A stretch of 64,000 nt of DNA from assembly GCA_963772725.1 (NCBI GenBank), contig CAVYYI010000004.1, positions 332,774 to 396,773 on the forward strand. Reading direction: 5' to 3'. The translations under genes and the position numbers were made by a program. Of the stretch, positions 63,609 to 64,000 are shown piece after piece. Position 1 is the stretch's first letter. The number at the start of each line of letters is the position of its first letter. The notes beneath the pieces are model-generated. The model ran no database searches and had not been told where the DNA came from. It saw only the letters and a list, made by a program, of their open reading frames with translations. Origin of the DNA: an uncultured Phycisphaerales bacterium. GTDB taxonomy: Bacteria; Planctomycetota; Phycisphaerae; Sedimentisphaerales; Anaerobacaceae.

Positions 63609-64000
63609 TCACCACTTAAGCACTGCGCCGGTATCCGCACTTGTTGCCATAACCGCGTACTTGGCCAAGCATCCTTCAGTAATTCGCGGCTTCAGCGCAA
63701 TCCACGACTTTTTGCGTTCCGCCAACTCAGCCTCGGAAACTTTAACATTAATTTTACTGCTCGGAATATCAATCTCAATCACATCACCATTTTTCAAAAG
63801 CCCGATAGGCCCGCCCACCGCCGCTTCGGGGCTGACATGCCCAATACACGCCCCGCGAGTCCCGCCGCTGAACCTGCCGTCCGTAATAAGCGCAACCGAT
63901 TCACCCAGCCCGGCGCCCATAATATAACTGGTCGGACTAAGCATCTCCTGCATACCCGGCCCGCCTTTGGGCCCTTCATAGCGGATAATGACCAATGGAA
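63609..64000 (-). CDS. ilvD: Dihydroxy-acid dehydratase, 3' part
   Basis: [37 protein letters not shown]. Confidence 0.95.
   Translation of the reverse strand, partial: PLVIIRYEGPKGGPGMQEMLSPTSYIMGAGLGESVALITDGRFSGGTRGACIGHVSPEAAVGGPIGLLKNGDVIEIDIPSSKINVKVSEAELAERKKSWIALKPRITEGCLAKYAVMATSADTGAVLKW

Noticed and set aside
98..63979. Numerous short antisense or overlapping ORFs in the ORF track (e.g. 26593-27453, 15509-16168)
   Set aside because: They are shadows of well-supported genes on the opposite strand or in another frame and lack motifs of their own.

Overview
A 64-kb bacterial chromosomal window; the gene content suggests a planctomycete (Phycisphaerae-like), but this is inference only. 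From left to right: (1) a sugar-utilisation cluster (GH2, uroporphyrinogen-decarboxylase-like protein, SSS symporter, GH43-like lipoprotein); (2) an ECF sigma/anti-sigma pair, divergent from an LTXXQ-repeat protein and two paralogous metallophosphoesterases, with matching back-to-back promoters; (3) cydAB; (4) a ~35-kb exopolysaccharide locus (glycosyltransferases, wza, wzm/wzt, wzy-like, wzc, priming transferase, modifying enzymes, LuxR regulators) interrupted by an IS982-family element and two giant divergent secreted modular proteins; (5) an osmotic-stress island containing mscS, a probable nhaA-I (Li+/Na+-type) riboswitch over an uncharacterised 3-TM protein, a membrane sensor/HAMP-fused trehalose-6-phosphate synthase, otsB, DUF5752 and treT; (6) a murein-peptide recycling operon; (7) tRNA-Leu(CAA) and the 3' end of ilvD. 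About a dozen genes carry small frameshifts that look like long-read assembly errors, so they are annotated as reconstructed single CDSs. Family calls come from motif recognition, not database searches.
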